From: Octopus vulgaris
Taxonomy: Eukaryota
Length of the DNA: 64,000 nt
Direction of reading: 5' to 3'
NCBI GenBank assembly: GCA_951406725.2
Contig: OX597827.1
Coordinates: forward strand, 74,276,001 to 74,340,000
The notes under the pieces are model-generated. The model saw only the letters and a list, made by a program, of their open reading frames with translations. It searched no databases and had not been told where the DNA came from. Made by a program: the position numbers and the translations under genes. This document shows positions 1 through 13,549 of the stretch, piece by piece (the first letter of the stretch is position 1; each line of letters starts with the position of its first letter).

Positions 1-429
1 ACTGTGCCAAGTGTCGTTGCTCTACTGCTATGGGAAGTGGGTCAGGGGCATTACTTATTGAACGCCCCTCGTATATGTATAAGGTTATATTTGCATGTAT
101 GTATCTAAGATGTTGTAGCCATTCCCCGTTAGACGTTGGTAAGAGGGACAAACGCACGCGCACGCACACACGCACACGCACATATATATATGTGTGTGTG
201 TCTATATAAATATATACGTATGTACAAATACAACCTTCAACAAGGTAACAGTCATGTATATAACTCGAACAGACGCATATCACTACATGAACATACATTC
301 ACATGTACATACATATGTACACACACAGACATGTCTACACTCTCCTAAATACACAAATACATACGTAAGTACATAAGAACATACATACATGCGTATAGGC
401 ATGCACATATGCATACGCACATACATGTA

Positions 430-455
430 CACACATACATACATACGCACATACA

Positions 456-489
<34 letters not shown>

Positions 490-492
490 CAT

Positions 493-575
<83 letters not shown>

Positions 576-580
576 TACAT
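430..580. repeat. (TACA)n/(CA)n microsatellite; representative of dozens of (TA)n, (CA)n, (CT)n and (TACA)n tracts in the window
   Basis: Directly visible; these tracts explain most Y/I/H/T/C/V-rich entries in the ORF track. Confidence 0.95.
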
Positions 581-760
581 ATATATCATGAACTGACTGT
601 TACTTTCTCAGATGCAGCACGGAGTTTTGTCAGTGAACAGGTCGCGGTCTCAAAGCAACGAAAATATTTTCACAAATCAATTTTAAATGTTTAAGTGAAT
701 CTAACGGGTTTTGTGTATTTCTTTAATGGCTTATAAACACCTTCTACGCTGCGATTGTTT

Positions 761-847
<87 letters not shown>

Positions 848-850
848 TTT

Positions 851-1050
851 TTTCCTTGCGGCTGGCCAGATTGGAGGTATCTCGAGTATAACCTGCCGAA
901 ATTACAAAGATAATCTGAAACTCGACTGAGGGAAAAAAACTCCCAATGACCCGTCTTTGTTTTCTTTGTATAATCTATTTGGATACTTTGTTGTCCCTTT
1001 TTTGTATCACCTAACAGTCTGGTTGTTTTGCGTTCTTGTCCCATTTTGTA

Positions 1051-1052
<2 letters not shown>
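851..1052 (+). repeat. ~200-bp interspersed repeat, same family as 54658-54860
   Basis: Colinear similarity with 54658-54860 (gccagattggag...cgagtataac...ctcgactga...ttttgcgttcttgtcccattttgtatt); a short inverted piece of the same end lies at ~1112-1132. Confidence 0.75.
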
Positions 1053-1097
<45 letters not shown>

Positions 1098-1510
1098 TAC
1101 ATATAATACAAGATGGGACAAGAACGCAAAAATTAGATCCTGTCATGCCTTACTACACAATTCATCTAACGGTGATTTTTCTGTCTATCTTGCAACTGTG
1201 GTACTGCTCGCTCAGGTGATGTGATATTTATTCCCAATTTTTCATATGGTATGGCAACAACGGTCACTTAGGAGTGCATCCTCCTCCCGTACCTTCCGTC
1301 AACCCTCCCTCCCTCACCTCTCCCTAATCCCTCCTTTATTCACCATCACCCCTCCTCATCTTCTTTAACCTATTTCACTTCGCCTGCAACAAACTGATAT
1401 TCGTATCAAATTCCTTCTTTGAACATCTATGAAACTGCTGACACACAAAAGTGCAGTTGAATTAATCGCACTTTATATCTTAAAGGTACGCCATCAACAT
1501 CACTCTCTCC

Positions 1511-1593
<83 letters not shown>

Positions 1594-1719
1594 ACCAGCG
1601 GATGAAGCCATGTAATCACATCTTCAGCAAGATACCTATTCCTGTCTCTCTACCATACTTTTATATGCCTCAATACCGTACCCCATTTTGCTGAAGGTTC
1701 TTGCCTTGGAAAACTTGGT

Positions 1720-1925
1720 GACATCACTAGTGCTGGTGCAACGACAAAAGCGCTCTGTGCACACTGTAAAGTGTTTCATGTTAATAAGAGCATCCAGCTA
1801 CAGAAACCCTGCCAAAGCAGACACAATAGCTTGGCGCAGTCCTCTGCTCTCGTTGGGACACCTAGAACCTCACAACGGCTACCCACATACAGAACGGATG
1901 TCAAATGGTGATGATGATGATGAAA
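1720..1925 (+). mobile_element. SINE 3' portion with (GAT)n tail; copies at ~20640-20845, 38379-38555, 43447-43623, and tail-only pieces at 41112, 46198, 48893, 51681
   Basis: gtgctggtgcaacgacaaaagcgc...gcatccagctacagaaaccctgcc...acggatgtcaaatggtgatgatgatga resembles cephalopod SINE bodies and tails. Confidence 0.6.
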
Positions 1926-2042
1926 CCTAGTCTCATTGAAATGAAGTTTTTAACATGGATATTATAGCCTACCCGTTAGTTCAATCGATTTCTGTGTCTT
2001 TTCAGGTCTTCTCATCTACCTTATATATATGATGTACATATA

Positions 2043-3282
2043 CAGAGGTTGGACAAAATAATGCAAACGCCAAGCATCATAGTATCAAAATTTTGAAATA
2101 TCTATAAAAACCATCAAAATTTATTTTTATATATATATTCTGATTTATTATTTTTCTCGCATAATATATTTTGCTAAAATTGCTGTTTCTTTTCAGTTAC
2201 CATTAGAAAAAGGTAATTGAAATTCATTAAAATATCAGATCTATTGGACTTTCAAAGAGGTCAAATTGTTGGTGCTCATATGAGAGGTGCTAGCGTAACG
2301 AAAACAGCCGAAATATTTGGTTTATCAAGAAGTACTGTCCTGGAAAATAATGCAGCCTTTGACAAAGCGGGAAAAACCTCCTCTTCGAAATAAAACTCTG
2401 GAGGAGAACCAAAATTAGGGACTCTTCCGTGAATTGTTAGAATGGATCACAAAAGTACAGTTCCCCAAATTCCTGCAGAGCTTAAGGACCACCTTGAGAA
2501 CCCTGTTTCCACAAAAAACTGTTCGCCGGAACTGCACAAAAACGGATTTCACGGGAAGGCTACAATCAGAAAACCACTACTTTCAAGAGAAACGTCGCAA
2601 TGCGTTTAGAGTGGCGTAAAAACCTAGAGAATTGGTGCCTAGAGCATTCTTTACTTAATTTCCAACGAGCAGTCGAGTATACTAGTGGAGAGAGCAAAAA
2701 GAATCAGGAAGCATTTGACCCAGACTGTCTTCTTCCAACTGTTAAATATGGAGGAGGATCTGTGATGATCTGGGTTGGGGATGCATCTCTGAAATTCTCC
2801 GGCCCAATTGTTTCCCTTCATGGCAGAATTAATAGTGAAGGCAAATTTAAGCATCTTATCTCATCAAATTCATCCTATGATTGCGGAACTGTTTCCTAGG
2901 AGAAATGCAATCTTTCAGGATGATAAAGCACCAATTCAAACAGCTAAAGTTGTTACAGAATGGCAGGACAGACATTCTTGTGAAGATGAACAGTTCATCG
3001 ATTCACCACAGCCTCCAGATCTCAATATATTTTAGTTTTTATTGTTCATTGTATACAAACATATAAAGAGTCGATATCCTCCACCATAACAGCATCACCA
3101 CTGCACGCAATGGAGACTTTTATAGCTGAGGAATGTAGAAAATTTCCTTTCGAAAAAATTCAAACTTTGTAGGAGTCCATACCCAGTAGAATTGAAGCTG
3201 TAATTACTACCAAAGGCCTGGCTGATATTGCGATAATTTGTTTACAATTTCAAGGTGTTTCCATTATTTTGTCCAACCTCTG
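2043..3282 (+). mobile_element. Tc1-family DNA transposon, full length, defective transposase (unit 1)
   Basis: TA-flanked TIRs CAGAGGTTGGACAAAATAATG / CATTATTTTGTCCAACCTCTG; fragments DFQRGQIVGA, PTVKYGGGSVMIW, IFQDDKAPI, PQPPDLNI broken by frameshifts. Confidence 0.92.
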
Positions 3283-3748
3283 TATTTATGTATACATACA
3301 AACACACACTCACACACTCACGCACACACACACACATATATATATATACACACATTTATGTATATATATATACATGTGTATATATGTATATAAATACAAA
3401 TACATATATATATGTACATATATATATATTTATTATATATATGTATATATATGTTATATATATATGCATAAATACATGTATATATATACATAAAAACATG
3501 TATATATATATATATATATATATTTATAAATACATATACAGACATACATACATATGTAAAGCATACATAGAAACGCATGAAACCCACATATCTCAATATG
3601 AATTCACGAAGTATTTAATGAAACTAAGTTTGGAAAGTATATTGGTTATAAACCTGAATCGTCCCCGATAAAAGGAAAGATAAAGTAAGGATCAGATGCA
3701 GAGATTAAAACATATCTTTATGAAATATGTTATAGTTTTATATCATAC

Positions 3749-3883
3749 TTTGTTGACAAAAGTCGCCTCTATATCCAGCAGAACATCCATCTGAGCATTT
3801 TCCAGTTATTCTGTCGCAGTTTTCGTCGTCGATACAATGACATGTTCTTCTACAATTGCTACCAAATCTACCAACTTCACATT
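3749..3883 (-). CDS. EGF exon B1 (8-Cys laminin/Tie2-type EGF), contains RGD
   Basis: ttttcAG|AATGT ... CAACAAA|GTatga; 135 bp, phase 1-1; CEVGRFGSNCRRTCHCIDDENCDRITGKCSDGCSAGYRGDFCQQ. Confidence 0.9.
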
Positions 3884-4144
3884 CTGAAAATATTAATATA
3901 AAATACAACAGATTAGATATTATTAGACCCACACAATAAAAGTTATGGCTGTAAGAGTTCTCTTCTACAAATATATGTGAGATATCAAAGACATGCTTTT
4001 TTATTACCTTATCTTAAAGCATAACTCATGAGTTAACATTGAAGTAGTCTTTGATAACAAATAATAAAGGTGATTTACGCTAAGAAACACTAAATCAAAT
4101 GTAGAGAATTTTAAAATGTTGGAATAAAAGGTGTTGGAAATAAC

Positions 4145-4273
4145 CTTCTTGGCAGTTGTACCCGGTGTATCCTGCATCACACACTCCTGGACATAGTCCA
4201 TTTATGTGGTTACATGTTTCGGAACAATGACAGGACTTTGTGCAATTGCGACCAAATCTGCCGCTGAGACATT
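4145..4273 (-). CDS. EGF exon A1
   Basis: atttcAG|AATGT ... CAAGAAG|GTtatt; 129 bp, phase 1-1; CLSGRFGRNCTKSCHCSETCNHINGLCPGVCDAGYTGYNCQE. Confidence 0.88.
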
Positions 4274-4410
4274 CTGAAATAATAAAATAAAAACGTTGGC
4301 TATGAATTGCTATTATAAGAGTTTTATGGTATCTCATAGATGACTCAGTATCCAAGATATTGTAATTTCCTTTAGCGTTAAAACACCAGATAGAGATGAA
4401 TATATACTTG

Positions 4411-6053
4411 ACTACCAGTGATACTCGCCGTTGCCCGTGTTGCATTCAATTGAAGAATCTGTCTTTTCTCTTATAATTTCTGTAATGAACTGGAATATTT
4501 ATGTTTCGAAATGCAGATGAGGGTTATTTGCCTCTTTACACACCCTAAAAAAATTGTATTCCTGCCACATGTATCCCATATTACTGATTTTTATGCGCAT
4601 ATTCTAAAATTCCAGTCTTATTGGATTTTGCTCCTGAAAAATGAACTTCATGGAGCTCTAAAATGTGAGAGTTAAGGCCCCTGTTGGGGGTGGGTGTCTT
4701 GATGTCAAGCAGAGAAGTTGCATTGTTGAGAATCTTTTTAACTTGTGTCTTATATCTATTGTTTGAATTTCTTTGAAATTGGAAATATATGTTCACTGGG
4801 TTTGTAAAAGAGAGCAAAGCTACAGGAAACCGAAAGACGAATGATCACAATGAGCAGTCAGCTACAGTACCCTAGTCGTTACCACTCCTAATGTAGGATT
4901 CCTCACAATCCAGGTGACAGGCACAGCCCTAAGATGCATTACGAATCTATCGCAACTGGAAGAGCGTGACCCAACTGAAATAAACATTAACAACTGTGTG
5001 ACGTGAGTGCTAAGGAGAAATGAAAGTTGGAGTTTGCAAATGACCACTATAGTGATACGTAACTGGACAGAATAAATTTAGAATCTATAAATGGCTTTGA
5101 ATAACCAGTCACTCATCTTAGAGGGCCTTGAAATCAATATTACCATTTGGGGACTATTTGTGTCCCAGTGATAATAAAAAGACTGAAAGGAGGTCTGCAA
5201 TCAAATAACTTTACTCAATACTTTGCAACTGAATCAGTGGAAACAAAGATGCCTTTCGCTTACTTGACAATTTATGCAGCACATTGCAGAAATCACAATC
5301 TAAGTGTATGTCAAAGCAAACTCTTACACTGTTGTACCATTGAATTACAAATAACGCTCATCTTTTATGCTCGGGTAACCCTACAGCTTCCAAGAGTACA
5401 ACGACATTCGTCTTTGCTTAGATAAAATGACAAAATTGTGGGTGTTAAATCCCCATGGATGGGTCTTTCTAACTTGTAAGAAGATAAATTTTATAAATAT
5501 TACTTCATTTGTGTCTAATATCTATGGTTAAAATTTCATCAACAGCAAAATTACATGAATTGTCATTGGGGTTATAGCCCTTATGCATAGAATATAATTT
5601 CCAAATTTCGTAAAGATCCATTCAGTACTTTTGACTTAGTTTTGGATCATAAAAGAAATTACTAAGATTTAGGAGTTAAGGCCCCCATGAGGGTGTCTTA
5701 GAATCCTCATATGAAGAGGAAACTTTCAGAATACTTCTTGATATGTGTCAATTACCCATGGTTGAAATTTCCTCATCATCGAAAATTTATGAATTTTCGC
5801 AGGTGTTCTGCCCCCTTTAAACCATCTGAAATTCAAACCAAACATATTGCATTATACCCGCCCTTATGCATTGAATCTAAGTTTCAAATATTATAAGGAC
5901 CCATACAGTAATTTTGGTCCATGAAATTACAGCATTACCCTTCTCCCTAGGTTTGGATTTTGTGTTCCAAATTACATTATGATCGGTGCAGCAGTTTTCG
6001 AATGTATAAGAAATACACGAACACATATAGACATTGACTTTGATATAATAGAT
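4411..6053 (+). mobile_element. Non-coding ~1.64-kb insertion with DINE-1/HINE-like (non-autonomous rolling-circle) ends
   Basis: Interrupts the intron after 'tatatacttg' compared with other units; starts actaccagtgatactcgccgttgcccg and ends gcagttttcgaatgtataag...gactttgatataatagat. Confidence 0.5.
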
Positions 6054-6103
6054 ATGAATGTGCACATATACATACATGTATACATACATATATATTTGAT
6101 TGA

Positions 6104-6253
6104 TTTCTTTCAGTTTCTGTCTACATAATCCACTGGCAAGGCTTTGGTTGGTCTGAGGCTATAGAAGACAGATGCCAAGTCACCACAGTGGGACTGAACC
6201 TAGGACCATGTGTTTTGGAACGAAGTTTGTTACCACACAGCCACACCTGCACC
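6104..6253 (-). mobile_element. tRNA-derived SINE head/body; copies at ~10845-10994, 25046-25195, 29795-29944
   Basis: Reverse complement shows a box A-like TGGCTGTGTGG and a box B-like GGTTCAGTCCC, followed by ...accaaagccttg...gaaactgaaagaa. Confidence 0.75.
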
Positions 6254-6308
6254 TATGTATGTGTGTGTCTTTATGTGTGTATGGGTATATATATGTATGC
6301 CTGTATAT

Positions 6309-7159
6309 AAAAGTACAGTTCCCCAAATTCCTGCAGAGCTTAAGGACAACCTTGAGAACCCTGTTTCCACAAAAAACTGTTTGCCGGAACTGCACAAAAC
6401 CGCATTTCACGGGAGGGCTACCACTACTTTCAGAAAACCACTACTTTCAAGAAAATCGTCGCAATGCATTTAGAGTGGCGTGAAAACCTAGAGAATTGGT
6501 GCCCAGAGCATCCTTTTCCTAATTTCCGACAAGCGGTCGAGTATACGAGTGGAGAGAGCAAAAAGAAGCAGGAAGCATTTGACCCAGACTGCTTTCTTCC
6601 AACTGAACTGTTAAATATGGAGTGGGATCTGTGATGATCTGGGGTGGGGATGCATCTCTGAAATTCTCCGGCCCAATTGTTTCCCTTCCTGGCAGAATTA
6701 ATAGTGAAGGCTATTTTATCTAATCATTTTATCTAATCAAAGTCGTCCTATGGTTGTGGAACTGTTTCCTGAGAGAAACGGAATCTGTCAGAATGATAAA
6801 GCACCAATTCACACAACTAAAGTTGTTACAGAATGGCAGGAAAATCATTCTAGTGATGTTGAAAAAGTCATCGGGTCACCACAGTCCCCAGATCTCAATA
6901 TTATTGAGCATTTATTGTGCATTTTATCAAAACGCATAAAGAGCCGATATCCTCCACCATATCGACACCAACACTACAAATGATGTAGACTTTTTTACCA
7001 GATGAATGGAAGAAATTTTCTTTGGAAACAATTTTAACTTTGTACGAGTCCATACCTTGTAGAATTAAAGATATAATTATTGCCAACGGCCGTCCTACCA
7101 TATATTAAGATAATTTGTTAAAAATTTCAAGGTGTTTCAATTATTTTGTCCAACGCCTG
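6309..7159 (+). mobile_element. Tc1 remnant, 5'-truncated (unit 2)
   Basis: Colinear with 2452-3282; SPQSPDLNIIEHL motif; 3' TIR present. Confidence 0.88.
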
Positions 7160-7211
7160 TATTTACGTATAACCACACACACGCACACACACGCACACAC
7201 ACACAGACACA

Positions 7212-7284
<73 letters not shown>

Positions 7285-7485
7285 GTGTGTGAGCTACATA
7301 TATATCTGTATTACATAGATATGTATGTATATATATATTATATACATACACACATATATATATATATACATGTATATAAATATGTATATATATATATATA
7401 TACAAATATACATATATATATATGCCTAAATATATATATGTGTATATATATATATACATACACATATTATATATATATATACATA

Positions 7486-7577
<92 letters not shown>

Positions 7578-7581
<4 letters not shown>

Positions 7582-8160
7582 ATTTAGGAATGGTCATATT
7601 GCCAGTTTTGAGCCAATTTTGCTTCAGTGTTATTTATTTTTTACATTAATCTTAATCTTATTTCGGACAGAATTCTTTCGCCACACTCCTGTGACCGCAT
7701 CAAAGGTCCTTTGTTTTCTTCTTTCTTATTTGTGTCTCTCCTTACTAACCATCAGCCAATTTGTATTTCTATTGTATGTCTTCATTTGCGCATGCTTATA
7801 TCTCTATGTGCGTTTATGTTAATTTAGTGTGTGTATGTGGGGGGATGCCTGTAATATTTGTATCTTCTGTTTATATATGTTCATGTAATTTGTATTTTGT
7901 TTTTGTTGTTTATTCTTATTTTGTTCATGTGTTTACATCCACTTATTATAATAATAAGTGGATGTAAACACATGAACAAAATAAGAATAAACAAAAACAT
8001 ATATAAACAGAAGATACAAATATTACAGGCATCCCCCCACATACACACACTAAATAAACATAAACGCACATAGAGATATAAGCATGCGCAAATGAAGATA
8101 TATAGTGCGTGTGTTTTTATTGGCTAAACTGGCAATATGACCATTCCTAAATACAACAAT
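7578..8160. repeat. Long foldback (inverted repeat) centred at ~7950
   Basis: Outer arms tgtatttaggaatggtcatattgccagttt / aaactggcaatatgaccattcctaaataca; inner arms ~7780-7948 versus ~7952-8097. Confidence 0.88.
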
Positions 8161-8198
8161 ATCTGTTTCAACACACGATTTCACTTAAAAAATCTTGC

Positions 8199-8254
<56 letters not shown>

Positions 8255-8499
8255 TAAATACATGTATAGGTATATGTATAAATACATCCACATACAGTCA
8301 TACAACATACATAAAATCGCATGCAGCCCACATATCTCAATATGGATTCACGAAGTATTTAATGAATGTTAGTTTGGCAAATATATTGGTTATAAACCTG
8401 TATAGTTCTCATCAGGAAATAAACGGAAAGATAAAGTAAGAATCAGATGCAGAGATTTAAACATATTTTTATGAAATGTATTATAATTTCATATCATAC

Positions 8500-8634
8500 T
8501 TTGTTGACAAAAGGCGCCTCTATATCCAGCAGAACATCCATCTGAGCATTCTCCAGTTATTCTGTCGCAGTTTTCGTCGTCGATACAATGACATGTCCCT
8601 CTACAATTCCTACCAAATCTACCAACTTCACATT
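8500..8634 (-). CDS. EGF exon B2
   Basis: AG/GT intact; CEVGRFGRNCRGTCHCIDDENCDRITGECSDGCSAGYRGAFCQQ. Confidence 0.9.
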
Positions 8635-8893
8635 CTGAAAATATTAATACAAAACACAATAGATTAGATATTATTAGCTCCACACAATAAAAGTTATGGC
8701 TGTAAGAGCTCTCTTCTACAAATATATGTGAGATATCAAAGACATGCTTTTTTATTACCTTATCTTAAAGCATAACTTATGAGTTAACATTGAAGTAGTC
8801 TTTGATGATAAATAATAATGTTGACTTACACTAAGAAACTAAATCAAATGTAGAGAATTTTAAAATGTTGGAATAAAAGGTGTTGGAAATAAC

Positions 8894-9022
8894 CTTCTTG
8901 GCAGTTGTACCCGGTGTATCCTGCATCACACACTCCTGGACATAGTCCATTTATGTGGTTACATGTTTCGGAACAATGACAGGACTTTGTGCAATTGCGA
9001 CCAAATCTACCGCTGAGACATT
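8894..9022 (-). CDS. EGF exon A2
   Basis: AG/GT intact; same peptide as A1. Confidence 0.88.
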
Positions 9023-9159
9023 CTGAAATAATAAAATAAAAACGTTGGGTATGAATTGCTATTATAAGAGTTTTATGGTATCTTATAGATGACTCAGTAT
9101 CCAAGATATTGTAATTTCCTTTAGCGTTAAAACACCAGATAGAGATGAATATATACTTG

Positions 9160-10794
9160 ACTACCAGTGATACTCGCCGTTGCCCGTGTTGCATTCAATT
9201 GAAGAATCTGTCTTTTCTCTTATAATTTCTGTAATGAACTGGAATATTTATGTTTCGAAATGCAGATGAGGGTTATTTGCCTCTTTACACACCCTAAAAA
9301 AATTGTATTCCTGCCACATGTATCCCATATTACTGATTTTTATGCGCATATTCTAAAATTCCAGTCTTATTGGATTTTGCTCCTGAAAAATGAACTTCAT
9401 GGAGCTCTAAAATGTGAGAGTTAAGGCCCCTGTTGGGGGTGGGTGTCTTGATGTCAAGCAGAGAAGTTGCATTGTTGAGAATCTTTTTAACTTGTGTCTT
9501 ATATCTATTGTTTGAATTTCTTTGAAATTGGAAATATATGTTCACTGGGTTTGTAAAAGAGAGCAAAGCTACAGGAAACCGAAAGACGAATGATCACAAT
9601 GAGCAGTCAGCTACAGTACCCTAGTCGTTACCACTCCTAATGTAGGATTCCTCACAATCCAGGTGACAGGCACAGCCCTAAGATGCATTACGAATCTATC
9701 GCAACTGGAAGAGCGTGACCCAACTGAAATAAACATTAACAACTGTGTGACGTGAGTGCTAAGGAGAAATGAAAGTTGGAGTTTGCAAATGACCACTATA
9801 GTGATACGTAACTGGACAGAATAAATTTAGAATCTATAAATGGCTTTGAATAACCAGTCACTCATCTTAGAGGGCCTTGAAATCAATATTACCATTTGGG
9901 GACTATTTGTGTCCCAGTGATAATAAAAAGACTGAAAGGAGGTCTGCAATCAAATAACTTTACTCAATACTTTGCAACTGAATCAGTGGAAACAAAGATG
10001 CCTTTCGCTTACTTGACAATTTATGCAGCACATTGCAGAAATCACAATCTAAGTGTATGTCAAAGCAAACTCTTACACTGTTGTACCATTGAATTACAAA
10101 TAACGCTCATCTTTTATGCTCGGGTAACCCTACAGCTTCCAAGAGTACAACGACATTCGTCTTTGCTTAGATAAAATGACAAAATTGTGGGTGTTAAATC
10201 CCCATGGATGGGTCTTTCTAACTTGTAAGAAGATAAATTTTATAAATATTACTTCATTTGTGTCTAATATCTATGGTTAAAATTTCATCAACAGCATGAA
10301 TTGTCATTGGGGTTATAGCCCTTATGCATAGAATATAATTTCCAAATTTCGTAAAGATCCATTCAGTTCTTTTGACTTAGTTTTGGATCATAAAAGAAAT
10401 GACTAAGATTTAGGAGTTAAGGCCCCCATGAGGGTGTCTTAGAATCCTCATGTGAAGAGGAAACTTTCAGAATACTTCTTGATATGTGTCAATTACCCAT
10501 GGTTGAAATTTCCTCATCATCGAAAATTTATGAATTTTCGCAGGTGTTCTGCCCCCTTTAAACCATCTGAAATTCAAACCAAACATATTGCATTATACCC
10601 GCCCTTATGCATTGAATCTAAGTTTCAAATATTATAAGGACCCATACAGTAATTTTGGTCCATGAAATTACAGCATTACCCTTCTCCCTAGGTTTGGATT
10701 TTGTGTTCCAAATTACATTATGATCGGTGCAGCAGTTTTCGAATGTATAAGAAATACACGAACACATATAGACATTGACTTTGATATAATAGAT
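9160..10794 (+). mobile_element. Copy of the DINE/HINE-like insertion
   Basis: Near-identical to 4411-6053 (8-bp deletion near 10295). Confidence 0.5.
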
Positions 10795-11049
10795 ATGAAT
10801 GTGCACATATACATACATGTATACATACATATATATTTGATTGATTTCTTTCAGTTTCTGTCTACATAATCCACTGGCAAGGCTTTGGTTGGTCTGAGGC
10901 TATAGAAGACAGATGCCAAGTCACCACAGTGGGACTGAACCTAGGACCATGTGTTTTGGAACGAAGTTTGTTACCACACAGCCACACCTGCACCTATGTA
11001 TGTGTGTGTCTTTATGTGTGTATGGGTATATATATGTATGCCTGTATAT

Positions 11050-11900
11050 AAAAGTACAGTTCCCCAAATTCCTGCAGAGCTTAAGGACAACCTTGAGAAC
11101 CCTGTTTCCACAAAAAACTGTTTGCCGGAACTGCACAAAACCGCATTTCACGGGAGGGCTACCACTACTTTCAGAAAACCACTACTTTCAAGAAAATCGT
11201 CGCAATGCATTTAGAGTGGCGTGAAAACCTAGAGAATTGGTGCCCAGAGCATCCTTTTCCTAATTTCCGACAAGCGGTCGAGTATACGAGTGGAGAGAGC
11301 AAAAAGAAGCAGGAAGCATTTGACCCAGACTGCCTTCTTCCAACTGAACTGTTAAATATGGAGTGGGATCTGTGATGATCTGGGGTGGGGATGCATCTCT
11401 GAAATTCTCCGGCCCAATTGTTTCCCTTCCTGGCAGAATTAATAGTGAAGGCTATTTTATCTAATCATTTTATCTAATCAAAGTCGTCCTATGGTTGTGG
11501 AACTGTTTCCTGAGAGAAACGGAATCTTTCAGAATGATAAAGCACCAATTCACACAACTAAAGTTGTTACAGAATGGCAGGAAAAACATTCTAGTGATGT
11601 TGAAAAAGTCATCGGGTCACCACAGTCCCCAGATCTCAATATTATTGAGCATTTATTGTGCATTTTATCAAAACGCATAAAGAGCCGATATCCTCCACCA
11701 TATCGACACCAACACTACAAATGATGTAGACTTTTTTACCAGATGAATGGAAAAAATTTTCTTTGGAAACAATTTTAACTTTGTACGAGTCCATACCTCA
11801 TAGAATTAAAGATATAATTATTGCCAACGGCCGTCCTACCATATATTAAGATAATTTGTTAAAAATTTCAAGGTGTTTCAATTGTTTTGTCCAACGCCTG
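11050..11900 (+). mobile_element. Tc1 remnant, 5'-truncated (unit 3)
   Basis: Near-identical to 6309-7159. Confidence 0.88.
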
Positions 11901-11955
11901 TATTTACGTATAACCACACACACGCACACACACGCACACACACACAGACACACAA

Positions 11956-11994
<39 letters not shown>

Positions 11995-12192
11995 CATGTG
12001 TGTGTGAGCTACATATATATCTGTATTACATAGATATGTATGTATATACATATTATATACATACACACACACACACATATATATATATATACATGTATAT
12101 AAATATGTATATATATATATATATATACAAATATACATATATATATATATGCCTAAATATATATATGTATATATATATATACATACACATAT

Positions 12193-12215
<23 letters not shown>

Positions 12216-12223
<8 letters not shown>

Positions 12224-12802
12224 ATTTAGGAATGGTCATATTGCCAGTTTTGAGCCAATTTTGCTTCAGTGTTATTTATTTTTTACATTAATCTTAATCT
12301 TATTTCGGACAGAATTCTTTCGTCACACTCCTGTGACCGCATCAAAGGTCCTTTGTTTTCTTCTTTCTTATTTGTGTCTCTCCTTACTAACCGTCAGCCA
12401 TTTTGTATTTCTATTGTATGTCTTCATTTGCGCATGCTTATATCTCTATGTGCGTTTATGTTTATTTAGTGTGTGTATGTGGGGGGATGCCTGTAATATT
12501 TGTATCTTCTGTTTATATATGTTCATGTAATTTGTATTTTGTTTTTGTTGTTTATTCTTATTTTGTTCATGTGTTTACATCCACTTATTATAATAATAAG
12601 TGGATGTAAACACATGAACAAAATAAGAATAAACAAAAACATATATAAACAGAAGATACAAATATTACAGGCATCCCCCCACATACACACACTAAATAAA
12701 CATAAACGCACATAGAGATATAAGCATGCGCAAATGAAGATATATAGTGCGTGTGTTTTTATTGGCTAAACTGGCAATATGACCATTCCTAAATACAACA
12801 AT
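12216..12802. repeat. Foldback, copy 2
   Basis: Near-identical to 7578-8160. Confidence 0.88.
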
Positions 12803-12824
12803 ATCTGTTTCAACACACGATATC

Positions 12825-12901
<77 letters not shown>

Positions 12902-13155
12902 GTATATAGATAAATACATGTATAGGTATATGTATAAATACATCCACATACATCCATACAACATACATAAAATCGCATGCAACCCACATATCTCAATATG
13001 GATTCACGAAGTATTTAATGAATGTTAGTTTGGCAAATATATTGGTTATAAACCTGTATAGTTCTCTTCAGGAAATAAACGGAAAGTTAGAGTAAGAATC
13101 AGATGCAGAGATTAAACCATAATGTTATAAAATATGTTTTAGTTTTATATCATAC

Positions 13156-13290
13156 TTTGTTGACAAAAGTCGCCTGTATATCCAGCAGAACATCCATCTG
13201 AGCATTTTCCAGTTATTCTGTCGCAGCTTTCGTCGTCGATACAATGACATGTCCCTCTACAATTCCTACCAAATCTACTAACTTCACATT
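13156..13290 (-). CDS. EGF exon B3
   Basis: AG/GT intact; CEVSRFGRNCRGTCHCIDDESCDRITGKCSDGCSAGYTGDFCQQ. Confidence 0.88.
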
Positions 13291-13549
13291 CTGAAAATAT
13301 TAATACAAAACACAATAGATTAGATATTATTAGCTCCACACAATAAAAGTTATGGCTGTAGGAGCTCTCTTCTACAAATATATGTAAGATATCAAAGACA
13401 CGCTTTTTTATTACCTTATCTTAAAGCATAACTCATGAGTTAACATTGAAGTAGTTTTTGATGATAAATAGGAAAGTTGATTTACGCTAAGAAACTAAAT
13501 GAAATGTAGAGAATTTTAAAATGTTGGAATAAAAGGTGTTGGAAATAAC

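Noticed and set aside
136-1224. Numerous [12 protein letters not shown] ORFs here and throughout the window
   Set aside because: Translations of dinucleotide and tetranucleotide microsatellites
3738-3932. 64-aa ORFs (MELIISNLLCFVLIFSEC...) that look like signal peptide plus Cys-rich secreted toxin/defensin genes, 13 copies
   Set aside because: They start at GTG rather than ATG, the hydrophobic leader is the translated pyrimidine-rich acceptor region, and clean AG/GT sites bracket the Cys module; these are internal exons
4581-6089. Short ORFs repeated almost identically four times within the 1.64-kb insert
   Set aside because: No recognisable domain; identity is explained by segmental duplication
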